DNA of 20,000 nt, taken from IMG/VR virus record IMGVR_UViG_3300028564_000919, one strand, 5' to 3'. Every line of letters begins with the position of its first letter. Position 1 is the first letter of the stretch. The DNA comes from an uncultured virus (IMG/VR IMGVR_UViG_3300028564_000919). Its lineage: Duplodnaviria > Heunggongvirae > Uroviricota > Caudoviricetes. Both the position numbers and the translations under genes were made by a program. Shown here piece by piece: positions 18,801 through 20,000 of this stretch. The notes under the pieces are model-generated. The model ran no database searches, was not told the origin of the DNA, and saw nothing but the letters and a program-made list of their open reading frames with translations.

Positions 18801-19999
18801 AGTTCTATGATTATGTTGGGGGAAGCACAACTCCACTTAAGACACAATTAGTTCCATATCAAAGTAATGCCACTCCACCTACTAATCCAACAAGACAAGG
18901 TTATATCTTTAAAGGTTGGAGTGGAACTTATACTAATATAACACAAGATACTAACATTTATGGAACTTGGGCAGTAGCGTATGAAGTAATCTTAAATGGT
19001 AATGGTGGTAAATATGGAACTGCCGATACTAAGACATTATATGTAGAGTATAACACACCAATAACAACAATTACTAATAATCCAGCAAATATACCGACAA
19101 GGGAGCATTACATATTTAATAAGTATTATGGTACTCCAGAAGTAACTACTAAACACAGTAATACTGCTGATGTTAGTATACTAGAGTTTATAAGAGAGTT
19201 TATATTAGGATTTCCAGAGACTATTAGTCAGATGGAAAGTTGGTCAAGACCTTATTGTTATTCAATAATAAGAGATAGATTATCACTTAATACAACTTTC
19301 AAAGAATATAGTATACTAAACACTTCGGGTGGAAACTGGAATATATCATTAGCTAATAGTAGTTATACAGTATATGATGGGGATAATTATAAACAAGATG
19401 GTAGTATTAGATTTTGGACTAACTCTGCAAATATAAATGCTTTAAAGAACACAAGTTATTACAATAGTTCTACAAACTCTTTAGTAATTCCAAACGGATA
19501 CTATTTAGAAATAATAGCAGCATCAGATGAAACTTCCGGACCAAACTCAAATGACTTTAGATTTAGTTTTGCCGTAGAAGAATTACAAGAAATTACAGTA
19601 ATTACAGAAGACATAACTTTATATGCAAACTATAAGTTTGACCCTAAAAATGTTAGCATATTAGGTAGTGCAACATATAACAGCGCAACATACCAACCAT
19701 TTGAATATGTAAGTGTTAGCGGAGTAACTTCTTTAATTCCAGAAAGTATTACACCGGATTTAACAATCACTAGTAATATACCTAGTAGAGAAAAAGTTAA
19801 CAAGTATTTTAAAGGAGAAAGATATTCAGGAAAGATAACTAATAACTTTATTAGCTCTAATCCAGACCTATCCGAGAGACAAAATTCTTCAGAGATTACT
19901 TATTTAATTCAAGGTGATAATATAACAAATAGGATATTAACTATAGCTCACAGTTCTTCCCTTGTTTGGAAAGATACAGGAATGTTAGGACCTGATCAA
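15848..19999 (+). CDS. Large baseplate wedge (gp7/gpI-like N-terminus)-adhesin fusion with InlB B-like repeats and beta-propeller repeats, 3'-truncated
   Basis: AAGGAG RBS, ATG 15848, open by manual translation to the window end (>1380 codons). KGTKKSL motif near 16295 and position directly after gp6. Repeats of type YTVKF...P..PT(K/R)TGY.F.GW...ITQDTNIYGTW. Confidence 0.85.
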   Translation, partial: MDLDIFKSRIEHLSQVEKDMFDFIINSFPENILMDDFGEYREDILSLLVLISKAVGKGKELVDNVALAQSLEETIYAIYANYDNVVLKRQLTNLLILQLVDTNIPYFMNMNESELNSLLDSFQNTEENKSNNAKLVYLINSLISTSKINKGTKKSLSSLLSLMLTTRYGKTNFRIDFDYDEYEGNRILVVVPEGSTENWDDLLKDPTSPEVYKEMKDEIFNLIHQNRSLGSYYKLYKTPEYYKAYFYYENNLLRTFNIFRDNDPSVSDIQGSLTVSDVEFLGDIVEDLRPQDQGFVGYWAYGSNISEQTIKIEEDGTDVTVTDTEGLTTTVSSDISLYVRLLGAFRTINFYGDSATYYVKRGTSINGGLYSDSSFTTLVDIPEATGSTPEHYTYTWTNNNQTPFDFNTKIYTNQNFVVLSTPNVYQVKFYDGETLLSTQNVTYNTTVIEPTGPSKTGYTFDDWYTSSSFTTIFDFTTLYTKLSSPTTLPANTAWGCAFNHNGTRLAVAHSSSSYITIYDTTTTPYTKLSNPTTLPAGNAFGCAFNHDGTRLAVAHYSSPYITIYDTTTTPYTKLSDPTTLPANNAWGCAFNHDGTRLAVAHGSSPYITIYDTTTTPYTKLSNPTTLPPSDAYGCAFNHDGTRLAVAYYLSPYITIYDTTTTPVHTITNVAYNSLISDPRITPTRQYYIFKGWNFNFSTTRITQDTNIYGTWELEKYIVRFMNGVNVYSTVSVTRGNKVTRPTTDPTKTGYTFDKWRITSETGQEFDFNNTYIYGPMDIYASYTINTYTVKFYSEGALYETQTVNYGAKAIKPTTDPTKSNYQFTSWRIGSASGSAYNFNTAVSSNLNLYANFTINTYTVKFWARPDLVYSTQTIEHGGDATNPGTPNVVVTGYDFDGWDGTYTNVTSNLDIHAKWKIKTYTVKFYNYSGGTLLSTQTIDYGNDATAPTQPTRTGYSWEGWDKAYTNITQDTNIYGTWEINKYTVKFYDYVGGSTTPLKTQLVPYQSNATPPTNPTRQGYIFKGWSGTYTNITQDTNIYGTWAVAYEVILNGNGGKYGTADTKTLYVEYNTPITTITNNPANIPTREHYIFNKYYGTPEVTTKHSNTADVSILEFIREFILGFPETISQMESWSRPYCYSIIRDRLSLNTTFKEYSILNTSGGNWNISLANSSYTVYDGDNYKQDGSIRFWTNSANINALKNTSYYNSSTNSLVIPNGYYLEIIAASDETSGPNSNDFRFSFAVEELQEITVITEDITLYANYKFDPKNVSILGSATYNSATYQPFEYVSVSGVTSLIPESITPDLTITSNIPSREKVNKYFKGERYSGKITNNFISSNPDLSERQNSSEITYLIQGDNITNRILTIAHSSSLVWKDTGMLGPDQ
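17120..19635 (+). repeat. Array of about 8 InlB B / Listeria-Bacteroides-like repeat domains (about 60-70 aa each)
   Basis: Recurrent Y(T/Q)VKF starts near 17120, 17993, 18206, 18416, 18605, 18791 and 18980, with GY.F.GW cores and IY(G/A).W/Y ends. Confidence 0.8.
17281..17832 (+). repeat. Four tandem 138-bp (46-aa) beta-propeller blade-like repeats
   Basis: Units start at 17281, 17419, 17557 and 17695. Consensus YTKLSxPTTLPAxxAxGCAFNHDGTRLAVAHxSSPYITIYDTTTTP (WD40/YVTN-like AF..DG..LAV...I.IYD). Confidence 0.95.
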
Positions 20000-20000
20000 G

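Noticed and set aside
1..20000. Whole-window stop-codon reassignment
   Set aside because: Genes are long and tightly packed under the standard code, TAG and TAA end genes right before the next RBS, and no long gene needs TGA readthrough.

Overview
AT-rich, densely coding, all-plus-strand segment that reads as the tail/baseplate module of a contractile-tailed (myovirus-like, probably large) phage or related contractile injection system. Order: tape-measure-like gene (5'-truncated), two paralogous tube-initiator-like genes, hub, a very short spike OB-fold gene, a small acidic protein, a 1000-aa His-rich fibre ending in a Hint autoprocessing domain, two small P-loop kinases, a degraded or unusual small-ORF patch, gp53/LysM-like and gp25-like wedge genes, an HExxH membrane protein, a hypothetical, a gp6/J-like wedge gene, and a >1380-aa ORF (15848 to past the window end, absent from the supplied ORF track). 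That last ORF fuses a gp7/gpI-like N-terminus to many InlB B-like repeats and four 138-bp beta-propeller-blade repeats. The most interesting signals are (1) near-identical propeller repeats that vary almost only at non-synonymous sites in AAC/AAT-type codons, a DGR-like pattern with no RT in the window, and (2) a Hedgehog-like Hint domain (ends in SC, not HN) on a phage fibre, coupled to two kinases. All family assignments come from motif recognition by eye and synteny, not from database searches.
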